From contig CM060732.1 in assembly GCA_030704615.1 (NCBI GenBank), positions 33,294,001 to 33,358,000 of the forward strand: 64,000 nucleotides of DNA, in the 5' to 3' direction. A model generated the notes under the pieces. It was not told the DNA's origin. It did no database searches and saw only the letters and a list, made by a program, of their open reading frames with translations. Shown one piece after another: positions 27,366 through 38,502 of this stretch (the stretch's first letter is position 1; each line of letters opens with the position of its first letter). The stretch is from Takakia lepidozioides. Taxonomy: Eukaryota; Plantae; Bryophyta. The position numbers were made by a program, and so were the translations under genes.

Positions 27366-28630
27366 GGGGAGGGCAGCTGATGAGGCTCTAAGTTCCTCCA
27401 TTTAAGAATGTGTGAAGTGGGCTCAGTTCACGACCTTCGAAAACCGTGGATGGGCAGAGTTAGCTACCCTTCACCCGTGGAACGGAAAGAAAGGAAAACC
27501 AACCTGTCCCTTCATGGCTCCCCCAAAATCGTCACCTTAGGAATTTCTTAAGCGAGTGGCCTAAGGTACCTCCTCCTTTCAAGATGAAACTTCCCGATTT
27601 TGAGAAGGTAATGATTTTAACAAAGGGAATTTGTAGGCTTTTTTCTTGAAACAGAGGGACGATTATAAGGCCGGTTTCGGAGCATGCATAAGTCTGCCCT
27701 CTCTATGGAACCTTTTGGAAGGACAATTCGGGGTGGCTCCTTTGAAGAGTCCCCCATGCCACGGAAATTTGCCCTTATGTATTAGTTATAGGCAACCAGA
27801 TTATTGCGTATGCCCCCCAGGGTCCACTGCGCCAGTCATTAAGAATCCTAATCTCGCGTATCATATTAAAGGTTGGATTGTTGAGAACAGTGGGAACATA
27901 CAAAAATGGTGGAAATTTCGGGCATATTCCAGGTGACATTGGAATTTACAAATGTACTCCACTGTATATCATCACATCAAGATCGTCTAACTGATGATCA
28001 ACGGTGCAAAGACTTCAGGTGTACCTCTAACCAAAGAGCTAGAGTATAGTCTAACAGGTTGCTCAACAGCTCTTTATGATACTACTAACGAGCTCATAAA
28101 TTCCATCTGTCAGGGAAAAATCGTGGGAGTTGTATGGTTTGGGCGTTTGGGCCATCTCGTATATAAAGGTACTCACCCCGGTTAGAAAATTCTGAACCCT
28201 TGTGAAGAATGCATGGTAACACGGTCCCTGAGTTTGTGATGTACCAAAGATGATCAAGGGTGCCCACGATGTGGCTACTCTGATCTTATTTCTAAATCTA
28301 GTAATGTGGCCTGTCCCATTAATCACAAATCCCATCATGGATATCAGCCTCACATGTGACGCCTCCCTTACTCTGCTACTTGAAATCCTTCTGACTGCGT
28401 TTATGCTCAAATAATCCATTATCTACATACCCCCACTAGACCCCTATTTTGCACCTCCAGAAAGGTATTCCTTTTATGTTCCAAATGGCTTGAATGATCG
28501 ATCACATATTTACAGCTAAATGTGTCCAATAAACCTGTCACTATGCTTCACCCTGGTAGGAATCTGCAGACTAGAATGCTTACAAAACACAATCTCTATT
28601 ACCCAAAGTAACCACAACTGTCCATCTGCC

Positions 28631-31600
28631 TCATCTGTCAGCAAAATGCTGAGCAAGAGCATTGTAAAGCGGGGCAGCTGCCCGAGGGGGAGCAACACCA
28701 CCCATCAAGATGTCAACTGGTGTTATAGTTGGGTCCCCATAAAAGCATGTATTGGCTAAAGACCGTGTGGCAACAACATTGCCCTCCAGAGAGCATCCCA
28801 CAAATGCACCTAAACCACCAACAAAGCCACCAGAGCTATCAGAAGTGCACTGACTATGAAAGTTGGCTGAGAGAGAAGGTACTGCTCTGTCCATCACCTG
28901 CAAAAGACCCGTGTCATAGCCCCCGTGTGCTATTGACCATCCTGGAGCCAGGCGTCAGGTTCCTACCAAGAAGCATATGCAAACGCAACCCACAGTTCTC
29001 ATAAAGCTCAAGCACACTTGACAACAATCAGGCTATAAGAAATTGCTGTTGATCTAACATTGGTCCCAAGGATAATGTCGAACTCAGGACTGCAACTGTA
29101 GCCCATTACTTTGCACAGATGTGACAGTGCAAGTGATGGAGAGTGAAAGAGAGAGAGAGATAGAGAGAAAGAGAAGGATAGGTCTATTTGATGACCTCGC
29201 ACTAAAACAATACGCATTGCATGTGGACACTGTTCAGCATCATTATTCATAGAGGGATGCACTAGCCCTATAGCAGGACTGGGTATGGCACTCAGATCCG
29301 ATAGGGGTGAGTACCATTGTGGACTGAGCCTCTTGAACTGAAAAGTGGCGGACAAAGTCAATTTTTCCCTTCTCAGATTGCATGACTGAATGGACGCTAA
29401 CCTCACGATCATACTGACAAATCATGCACATGGGTTCCCGCCTGCCAGCCAGCTAGAAAGAGAGAGAGCATTCCAGAAGTGGCTTTATAACCTTTGCTGC
29501 AACTGTAGGTGTAGCAAGCAGCTGCTCCTCCATCACCAGCGCGCACATCAGCTTCTGCAGCTCTGCCCACTGGTCCAGCAGCCACACTCAAGCCAGCACC
29601 TACAGCAAGATGTACTCTCCCACCAAACGCTTTCACTGCATCCGCTGTCCTCAGCACTATGATGAAATCAGTTAACTCCCCACCAACCTGCAAGGACCCA
29701 GAAAACTCCGTTCAGAAAATCCAACTATGCCCAGGAAACTAACAAGCAATTAGAGTGTGAAAACTAATGACAATATTGCCTAGCTTGTCCAAAGGCATCA
29801 GAATCAGGTCACAGGCAAGTGAGAGTCCGTTTTGCCAGCCTACTACTAAGACTGATGTTGATTCCAGCTTTGCTACTGTAGCCCCCCCTTACCTCAGCAC
29901 AACAGGTGGCTGTTTTGTTCTTCCAGTCCCACTAAGTGAGAAATGGGTACTGTGTGTGGGGGAGAAAAGAGGCAGAGAGAGAGGGACTCACTTGGGCACC
30001 CCACCCAACCCCACACGAGGCAATTGCAGATGGTGCAGACCAGGTACCATCACGTCTCCGAGCAACCACAAGGCCCGTTCCAATCTTGTAAGTCACCATC
30101 AACCCTGCTTTCAGGACTGTTAAGATTGCCAGCCCTTTGGCCCCCCTCAATACTGCATCAGGAATGGACTTCTCTGGTGTTATCTGGCCAATCTGCAACA
30201 GTCAATATCTCCTCAAAATCATATTGCAATTTGTGTGTGGAAAAGATGGTTTCTATGCAAGAGGAAGAGGTTTATCAATACAGCTGTGAGGACAAGATCT
30301 ACAGAGAGTTAGCTGTGCTTGTCATAGCATTGTGCCATAGACCCCTTGCACCGTTGTGTGAAGAGGGGGAGAAGCTGAGGGCTTGGTGGGAATCGAAGAA
30401 TAGAAGCCACTACCAATGCTGAAGGTAGCTACAATATTTTAGATGTAGCTGGTCCTTACTCTGATCTTCCAGGTATTGTCCACAACATCCTTTAAAGCTA
30501 TAGCATTGATTCATTACCGAAATTTACAATCAAATCGAGAGAGACAGACATTGAAAGACAAAAGAAAGGAAGCTTATTACGTCCACACACACACAAAATG
30601 ATATTTTTGGTCCATGGGAGGCCCGGAGAAGGCCCCTGGGACACACACCCAGTTTGAGCAGAACACAAAGACAGAAACTACCTTGGGTCAGGGGCTGACA
30701 CCCGTAGTATGACTTACCTTGATCTAGACAACTGATCCGAGCTTTCCAGATATCCTCTAGAATTCTCTTCACACAAACATCTATCTGCTGTGTGTGATGT
30801 GCCCAATAACTAGACCCCAAAAGGGCCTTGCTTTTGTCTCAGCCTTGGATTTTCAAAGTTGGTAAACAGAGGTACAGGAACAATTCCCTTGATGGATTTG
30901 AAGAGGGTGTCTCTCTGGTGAGAATACCAAGGACAATGAATCAGAAAGTGGATATTGTCTTCAGGTTGCCCACACAACGGGCATTTGCAATCCCCCTTTC
31001 CTCTCTACGTCTGTTTGCTGTTCAAAGGTAGGCGACCCGCCCTGAGTTTAAATCTCAGTCTAGTGCCGAGAGTGGAGAGAACTCATAAGACGTGGTGTGC
31101 CGGGAGTGGAGCAATAGAGATTGTACTCATAAGACGTTGTTTGCCGTAGCCTTGTGGCCATTGACCCCGCGCCCAGTTTGAGCGGGAACAAAAGGGACAG
31201 AACCTACCTCTGTCAGGGGCTGACGTTGGTTGTAAGACTTACCTCCATATAAAGAATTAATCCGGGTTTTCCAGATATCCTCTAGAAATCCCTTCACACA
31301 AGCATCAATCTGCTGTGTGTGATTTGCCCAAAAACTAGGCCTCAGGAGGGCCTGGGCTTTTGGCTCAGCCTCGAGACTTTCAAAGTTGGTAAACAGGGGT
31401 ACAGGCACAATTCCCTTAATAGATTTGAAGAGAGCGTCTCTTTGGTGAGAGAACCCCGGACAGTGTATCAGAAAATGAATACTGTCTTCAGATTGCCCAC
31501 ACAACGGGCAATTGCACTCTCCCTTTCCTCTCTGCTTCTGTTTGCTGTTCAAAGGTAGGCTTCCTGCCCTGAGTTTAAATTTCAGTCTAGTGCCGAGAGT

Positions 31601-33816
31601 GGGTAGACCCTTGAGGTCATCCAAGATGTCCTCCCCCACGTCACAGACTGGAAACAAGTTCAGGGAAGTTTTCTGCCTAACTTCATTTTCATCAGACAAT
31701 CTCATGGCAACAGACATGGCTGAGGACACTACAGCCTCTAAGTCAGATAGAGAGATAGAGAGAGAGAGAGATAGCTAACGTCAAATCACCCTTTAAAATG
31801 GTGCAAAGATGATGGCAGTCTTGAATTTCTAAACCATACACAGATTTGGATTTATACCTTATAGTAGCTGCGGAGGGTGTTAGTGGCCTTATAAATCTCA
31901 TGCTCCAAGGTGAGTCCAAAAGGGCTATTGACCCATCCCCGCATGCAGCTCATGTCTGTTACATCATGGGTGGCCACCTGAGCTGCATTACTGACGCGAT
32001 CAGCCAAAATTCGTTGAATGGGTTCCAGCCTCTCCCAGCAGACGTCGCAGACCCGTTGTGGATCTTGCTTCCGAAACTTCACAGGCAGAAGAAACCGTCT
32101 CGAAGAGCATTGCCGGCAGAAAATTCCCCCACAAAATCGACAGTGATGCCTTCCACAGGAGACCGGCCGAAATTTTGCAGCACAATTCATACAGGCAAAT
32201 GCTGCACTGTCAGGCATCCATTGTGGGGGCTCTGCATCAAGTATTGCACGGATGGCCCGAACATCTTCACTGGGTCCAGTAAGTAGAGGGGGGGCACTTG
32301 GCGTATGGCCAAGCCTCCAGGAGTTGTCTGCTCCCACCTGGGAAAGAGTATTTAACCCGCTTATTTTATCTGTGACCATATTCTGCCTTCACTACACCCT
32401 TCCTTTACGAAGCCATCATACTAAAAGAAACAATCAGCTTAATAAAATGACCCTTGTCTAATATTAGCCTGAAAACCGAAGATTTTACAATCCACCAAAA
32501 TTCCTTTTGAAGCATAACGGGCTGGTAGCTCTCAGTCCATTCTTAAGGATCCAACTGAGGACTGAAGCATACATCATGTCATTCAGGTGAGGGCCCCAGA
32601 ACACCAATGACAACTTCCAAAGAAAGCACCATTTTGTACCAAAATCTTATGATCTATGATGAAACTGATGAACTTCAGCTGAGAAGGAAAGAGAAAAGCA
32701 TGGCTGCCATACCAAGCCAGTTCTTGGAGAATAGCGCGTGGCAAGCTCCGGCCACATCTGTGAGGAGACATCCTCGTATGAAATTTGCGAGAAGGTCTTG
32801 CCTGAAAGGATGTTAATTGCCCCACTCAACACATTCCATAGATTCACTTCAGGAAGCCCCTGCCTTTCTACACCATGTTGGACTCTGTGGGCCAAACCGT
32901 GCCCATCTTGTCCCAAATTGGCCCCATGGTAAGTCATTCCGTTGTCTTTAAATCCTTTTGGTGGAACAGACACGGGGATCCAAGCCCCTGTCTCCTCAGG
33001 AAGGGGAAGATCATAAATGAGCCGCTGGCTCTGACGTCGTGGCCCTGGTTCCACCAGTGCCAATGCCTGTGTATTTGTCTCCTGGGCCACCATGGCAGCC
33101 ATGCGTTCAGATTCTGCCTTTGCAGCTGCAGTTGCTGTTTGGGCGCGCCCAATTGCCTCTCTCAGATCCAAGTTGAGACCTATGCTGAGGTCTGCATCAA
33201 ATGGCTTGTGGCACAGTGGACACAAAGGCACCATAGAATTCATTTGCACCTGCATGAAAAGGCTATGAAATTACTGTGACAATGAGGTGAGATTGAGGTC
33301 CATTTCCTTCAGCAATTGAAGACCCCGTCAAGTTTGACAGAAGACTGTTGGAATCTCAATCGGACTGGCTCATCCAAATGTTTTACAAACACTTGCAATT
33401 TCTACAGGTGTGTCCCCCTCCCAGCCATTGTTGCATCTCGTAGCCCTCTGTTACTTATTACCATGAAGAGTGAGGGACTACAAGTGGAATCTGCAAGGGA
33501 GAAATCAGTGAGCTCCTCTCCACAGAGCTGAACCTTGAATCACATGAGTTTTGGTGGGAGGAGAATGACTACACAGCCCCTGAGACTAACCCAAACACAG
33601 AAAAAAGCTGGAAGGAAAAAAATTCACCTTCTGCAAGCACCCAAGGCACCCATTGTGACCACAACCGAGTGACGCTGGGCCACCGTTATTGCCCAGAACG
33701 TCCATGCACATTGCACAGGTTGGCAAATTGTGGCTCTCCCGTACTGTCGCTTTCTTACCCCTGTCCTCAAACCAGTCATCTCCCTCCCTCATCACTGTGC
33801 TCAGGGTTCTGTACAT
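28631..33816 (-). CDS. RING + FYVE + SYLF (Ysc84) protein, CFS1/FYVE2-like endosomal/autophagy adaptor
   Basis: Exons about 33816-33628, 33249-32713, 32382-31858, 30192-29992, 29687-29492 and 28810-28631. C3HC4 RING (CAMC..CGHNGCLGC..CPLC), GAWIPVSVPP, PSAPP, FYVE (WMPD..CMNC..RHHCRFCG..RVCDVC) and SYLF (GTGLVVARRRDGTWSAPSAI, VGGELTDFIIVLR, GAFVGCSLEG). The start codon is uncertain. Confidence 0.9.
30600..31740 (-). mobile_element. Two tandem 5'-truncated LINE 3' ends in an intron of the FYVE gene
   Basis: ORF 31127-31729 has LKFKLRAGSLPLN..CPLCGQSEDSIHFLIHC (C-terminal CCHC). A second, diverged copy lies at about 30630-31080. GA/CA microsatellites flank the pair. Confidence 0.8.
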
Positions 33817-35697
33817 TATTGACTCGTCTTCCTCCACAACTTGTGCTTCAAAAAACACTTGTAAAAATCCACTCTAGCATCCCCTCCGTCTCTCTCTGTC
33901 TCGCGGAATACACACAGAGAGGTTGAGGCAGGGTTTGACTCGACAATTGCAGCTATGGCCGCCACCGTTTCTTCTTCTCTCTCTCTATGTGCTCCGTGTG
34001 GTCGTCAGGTGGTCTTTTGTAACGAGTCAATCTCCTGTTACAACACGCATCCAGCATTGAAACTCCCTCCCATGGGAACTGACTGACTGTTGTCCTCTTT
34101 TGTATATGTCTCCAACAAGCGTCATGTTCATAGCGTCAATGACTGACCCAAAATCAATGTCGATGCTTGAAAAGAGACTACCCACAATCTGCAAGCTCCG
34201 AAGGAATGGACAGGCGGGGAAGGAAGAAAAGGTAGCAAAATTGCTGGAAACCAAGTGTATACAACAAATCATCAGCACGTTACTCTTCCACGATACTACA
34301 AACTGGGGCACGGATAGATGGAACCAGCTATCGCAAACACATAACAATGGGAGCATCTCTTTCTTCCCCCGAGTAAACCCAGCAACTCTAATTTCCAAAA
34401 AGCGGCTGACACAGAGTAAATTCCTCAATGGCAAGTTTCTAGCCATCCATCACAGCACAAGCTTTCACAGATCATCTACATCAACAGAAAGATACCCACT
34501 GGTGCCAAGAAATACACGTGTGCCAAAATTCACCAACTGGAATCCATAATCTCCTCTTAGAAATCTGGAATCTCCCACAAGTCTGAGACTACCACCACCA
34601 ACAAACTTTGCGATGCACACCCCATATCCAAATTGGCCCAGCAAAATACTCACTTCTCGAGAAGATGGTCGCAGAATCTTCGGGCTGGCAAAGATTAGCA
34701 ATCGACAATCATCTTCCATCATCGTCCATCATCTCATCTCCCACCTTCTTGCATCCTTGATCAGACCAGAGCAGAGCACGCATCGCTGGATTTCTCCCCG
34801 CAGGTATCTTTGTATCTTCACTTTCCTTCACGAGAATACCCATTTGCACCGTCGTATATTTACAATTTCATCCGTCCTTTGCCACCTTATCACTTTCATC
34901 CAGTTCACCCTGTTTAATGAAAGGTACATAAACACAACGGAGAACACTAGCAATAATGCACGCGTGCGATCTCTGACAGCGGGATCAAATCCTCCCCTCT
35001 GGAGTGTGAGCGGAGTGACACGGGGGTGACATCAACGGAGTGAAATTGAAGGGAGTGTCACTCCAGTTGGGAGTTCATGGCCCCCAAGTTTGGTGTAACT
35101 CCCACTTGGTGTCCTAAAATTAAACCAAAAGTAGACTGAAGAAGCGATACCAAGGTGACACAGAGGGTGATAGCAATCCAACAAGTGTCGCACCGCCTAA
35201 CTACCATCAAAATCACCTTTACCACCAGATTGCTCGTCGCTACACAACAACCAATTCCTTCAATAGTGAGTCCGGAGTGGGGAGCCACAGAAACCAACGG
35301 AGGTATTGTCAGAGTGCACACTTGCAATAAGCTGTTACATTGATACTATTCTTCTCCGCATTAAAGGAAGGCATCAGCTCATTTCCCTGCTTGCAAAACA
35401 TGACATGTATAAGAGGAGCTTGGGGAGGATGTGTGCAAGTTGGTACTCTTTAGTGGTGCCCTCATGAACAAGGTATTTGTGCTTCTTTTGCATAACCAGA
35501 TGGTCCTTGGTTCTCATAAGAACGTGACCGTCCACTGGCCCGTTGATGGACTGTTAGTAGAGTTATATGCTCTGTGTTGTCACAGTTCTCCTCTCAAAAA
35601 AGACAGCCGTCCATATCTAAGGAAATGGTGGATGAGCCAAGTAGTCACTTAGATCAATGAATGAGGCACGCGACTTGCACCTTTCCAGAACAGGGTA

Positions 35698-38502
35698 TCA
35701 CCAGTAATCCCCACAGGAGCAAACCCCATCTTTGAAGTGGTGAAAGCGGTTTGCGTCCCGTACACCAATTGCTCGGCCAACAATCTTTGAGATGAACTTT
35801 GTGGCGGTGTGGCAGTCACCACACACCCGAAGATTCTTGATGACACGGAGAGGTGTGCCGGGGGCTGTGCTGATCAGCCCAAAACCAATCGCCAGCTTCT
35901 CACTATGGTGGCAAAGACAAAACTCCTTTTGCTCCTTTCCCACATCATGCAATACAAAGCTTGTGTCAGGCACATACCCAGCCTGCTTCATCTGCCCAGA
36001 CAATCTTCTCAGCTCAGCATGGATTTCCTCAATTTTTGGATGCCATTTGTCATCCACAACAAAGGTGTGCACGGTGTTGCCGACCTCAATCCAGCAGCGA
36101 CCTGGCTCCTTTCTAACCCCTCTGAGCTGCATCATTTTTCTCACCTTTGCAGTATCGCCCCACCTACCAGCTGCGGCATAGATGTTTGAGAGCAACACAT
36201 AGGTCGCGGCGTCCTGTTCATCCCACTTAAGAATAGATGTTGCTGCACGTTCAGCCATCTCGACATTGCAATGAATTCTGCAGGCACCAAGCAAAGCCCT
36301 CCACACCACAGCATTTGGTTTCATTGGCATTTTGTCAATTAAGTCCTCTGCCTCATCCAATTGCCCCGCACGGCCAAGAAGGTCCACCATGCAGCCAAAG
36401 TGCTCTAGTGCTGGAGTGATGCCATGATCTTGACTCAGGGAGTTGAAGTAGTATCTGCCTTCATCGACTAGGCCAGCATGGCTACATGCAGAGAGAACAC
36501 ATGTAAAAGTGATACTGTCCAGCATTAAGCCTTCCAATTGCATTTCTTCCAATAGTTGCAGGGCCTCCGTTTCACAACCATGCTGTGCATATCCCGCGAC
36601 CATAGCACTCCAGGACACCACAGTTCGTTCAGCCATACTGTCGAACACTTCCTTCGCATCCTTGAGGCTCCCGCATTTGGCGTACATATCCACGAGGGTG
36701 TTGTTCAGAATGACATCTGGTATAATTCCAGCTTCTATGATGTCACCATGCACCTCTTTGCCCTTTTTCAGGGCTGCCATGCTCGAACATGCATTGCAAA
36801 CGCAAATGAACGTGACCTGGTCGGGCTTCACTCCTTCCCGCATCATTTGCTCATAGGTCTCCAAAACCTCCATGCCGCACCCATGCCGGGAATATCCTGC
36901 TATCATAGCGTTCCATGACACCACATCTCGTTCAGTCATATTGTTGAACACTTGCTCTGCATCTTTCATGCTCCCACCTTTGGCATACATGTCCACGAGG
37001 GTATTGTTCAGAATGACATCCGATACAATTCCAGCTTTGATGATGTCACCGTGGACCTCTTTTCCCTTTTCCAGGGCTGCCAGGCTTGCACATGCATTGC
37101 AAACGCAAACAAATGTGACCCGGTTCGGCTTCACCCCTTCCCGCATCATTTGCTCATAGGTCTCCAAAGCCTGCATCCCACACCCATGTTGGGCATATCC
37201 TGCGATCATCGCAGTCCATGACACCACATCCCGATGGGCCATCTTCTCAAACACTCTCTTTGCATCCTCGATGCTCCCGCTTTTGGCATACATGTCCACA
37301 AGCGCAGTGTTCAGAATGACACCCGGTACAATTCCAGCTTTGATGATGTCACGATGGACCTCTTTGCCCTTTTCAAGTGCTGCCAGGCTTGCACATGTAT
37401 TGCAAATGCAAACATACGTGAGCTGGTCCGGCTTCACCCCTTCCCGTACCATTTGCTCATAGGTCTCCAAAGCCTCCATCCCACACCCATGCTGGGCACA
37501 TCCTGCTATCATCGCAGTCCATGATACCACATTTCGTTCAGCCATATTCTCGAACACTCCCTTTGCATACTTGAGGCTCCCACATTTGGCATACATATCC
37601 ACCAGGGTATTGTTCAGAATGACATCTGGTACAATTCCAGCTTTGATGATGTCACCATGGACCTCTTCAAGGGCTGCCAGGCTCGCACATGCTTTGCAAA
37701 TGGAAATGAACGTGACCTGGTCTGGCATCACTCCTTCCCGTCTCATTTGCTCATAAGTCTCCAAGGCCTCTCTCCTGCACCCATGCTGGGCATATCCTGC
37801 AATCATTGCATTCCAGGACACCACATCTCGTTGGGCCATAGTGTTGAACACTTGCTTTGCATCCCCGATGCTCCCACATTTGGCATACATGTTCATCAGG
37901 GCAGTGTTCAGAATGACATCTGGTACAATTCCAGCTTTGATGATGTCACCATGGACCTCTTTGCCCTTTCCCAGGGCTGTCAGGCTTGCACACGCATTGC
38001 AAATACAAATGAATGTGACCTGATCTGGCTTCGTACCTTCCCGTATCATCTGATCATAGGTCTCCAAGGCCTTCCTACCACAGCCATGCTTGGTAAAACC
38101 TGCCATCATTATATTCCACGTGATCAAACTTCGTTCAGGCATTTTGTTGAACACTTGGTGTGCATCCACGATGCTCCCGCATTTAACATACATGTTGACA
38201 AGGGTGTTGTGTAGAAAAACGTTTGACTTCAATCCACTTTGGATAATGTGAGCATGCACCTGCTTACCCCCTTCCAGACCTCTCATCTTGATGCACTTAT
38301 GCAAGAGATATAGATAAGTATCTAAATCTGCTGAAATGCCTCCTTGGTTCAAAATCTGTAGAGCCTCTTTCAGTTGCCCTGCCTCACATAGCATTCTCAC
38401 ATGCCCAGAAGTGCCAGAAGAGGTATTGTGGACTACCTTTCTTTGTCCTCTTTCGGAAGCTGTGGTCATGGTGGAGGTGCCTGAATTTATCCACTGTGCC
38501 AC
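35698..38502 (-). CDS. PLS-class PPR protein with E1/E2/DYW deaminase domain (C-to-U organellar RNA editing factor, DYW:PG type)
   Basis: Uninterrupted 934-aa ORF with about 20 P/L/S motifs, a PG box (KEPGRCWIEV), HSEKLA, CGDCH and terminal DYW. The first ATG is at 38469 and the frame stays open further upstream. Confidence 0.97.
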   Translation of the reverse strand: MAQWINSGTSTMTTASERGQRKVVHNTSSGTSGHVRMLCEAGQLKEALQILNQGGISADLDTYLYLLHKCIKMRGLEGGKQVHAHIIQSGLKSNVFLHNTLVNMYVKCGSIVDAHQVFNKMPERSLITWNIMMAGFTKHGCGRKALETYDQMIREGTKPDQVTFICICNACASLTALGKGKEVHGDIIKAGIVPDVILNTALMNMYAKCGSIGDAKQVFNTMAQRDVVSWNAMIAGYAQHGCRREALETYEQMRREGVMPDQVTFISICKACASLAALEEVHGDIIKAGIVPDVILNNTLVDMYAKCGSLKYAKGVFENMAERNVVSWTAMIAGCAQHGCGMEALETYEQMVREGVKPDQLTYVCICNTCASLAALEKGKEVHRDIIKAGIVPGVILNTALVDMYAKSGSIEDAKRVFEKMAHRDVVSWTAMIAGYAQHGCGMQALETYEQMMREGVKPNRVTFVCVCNACASLAALEKGKEVHGDIIKAGIVSDVILNNTLVDMYAKGGSMKDAEQVFNNMTERDVVSWNAMIAGYSRHGCGMEVLETYEQMMREGVKPDQVTFICVCNACSSMAALKKGKEVHGDIIEAGIIPDVILNNTLVDMYAKCGSLKDAKEVFDSMAERTVVSWSAMVAGYAQHGCETEALQLLEEMQLEGLMLDSITFTCVLSACSHAGLVDEGRYYFNSLSQDHGITPALEHFGCMVDLLGRAGQLDEAEDLIDKMPMKPNAVVWRALLGACRIHCNVEMAERAATSILKWDEQDAATYVLLSNIYAAAGRWGDTAKVRKMMQLRGVRKEPGRCWIEVGNTVHTFVVDDKWHPKIEEIHAELRRLSGQMKQAGYVPDTSFVLHDVGKEQKEFCLCHHSEKLAIGFGLISTAPGTPLRVIKNLRVCGDCHTATKFISKIVGRAIGVRDANRFHHFKDGVCSCGDYW

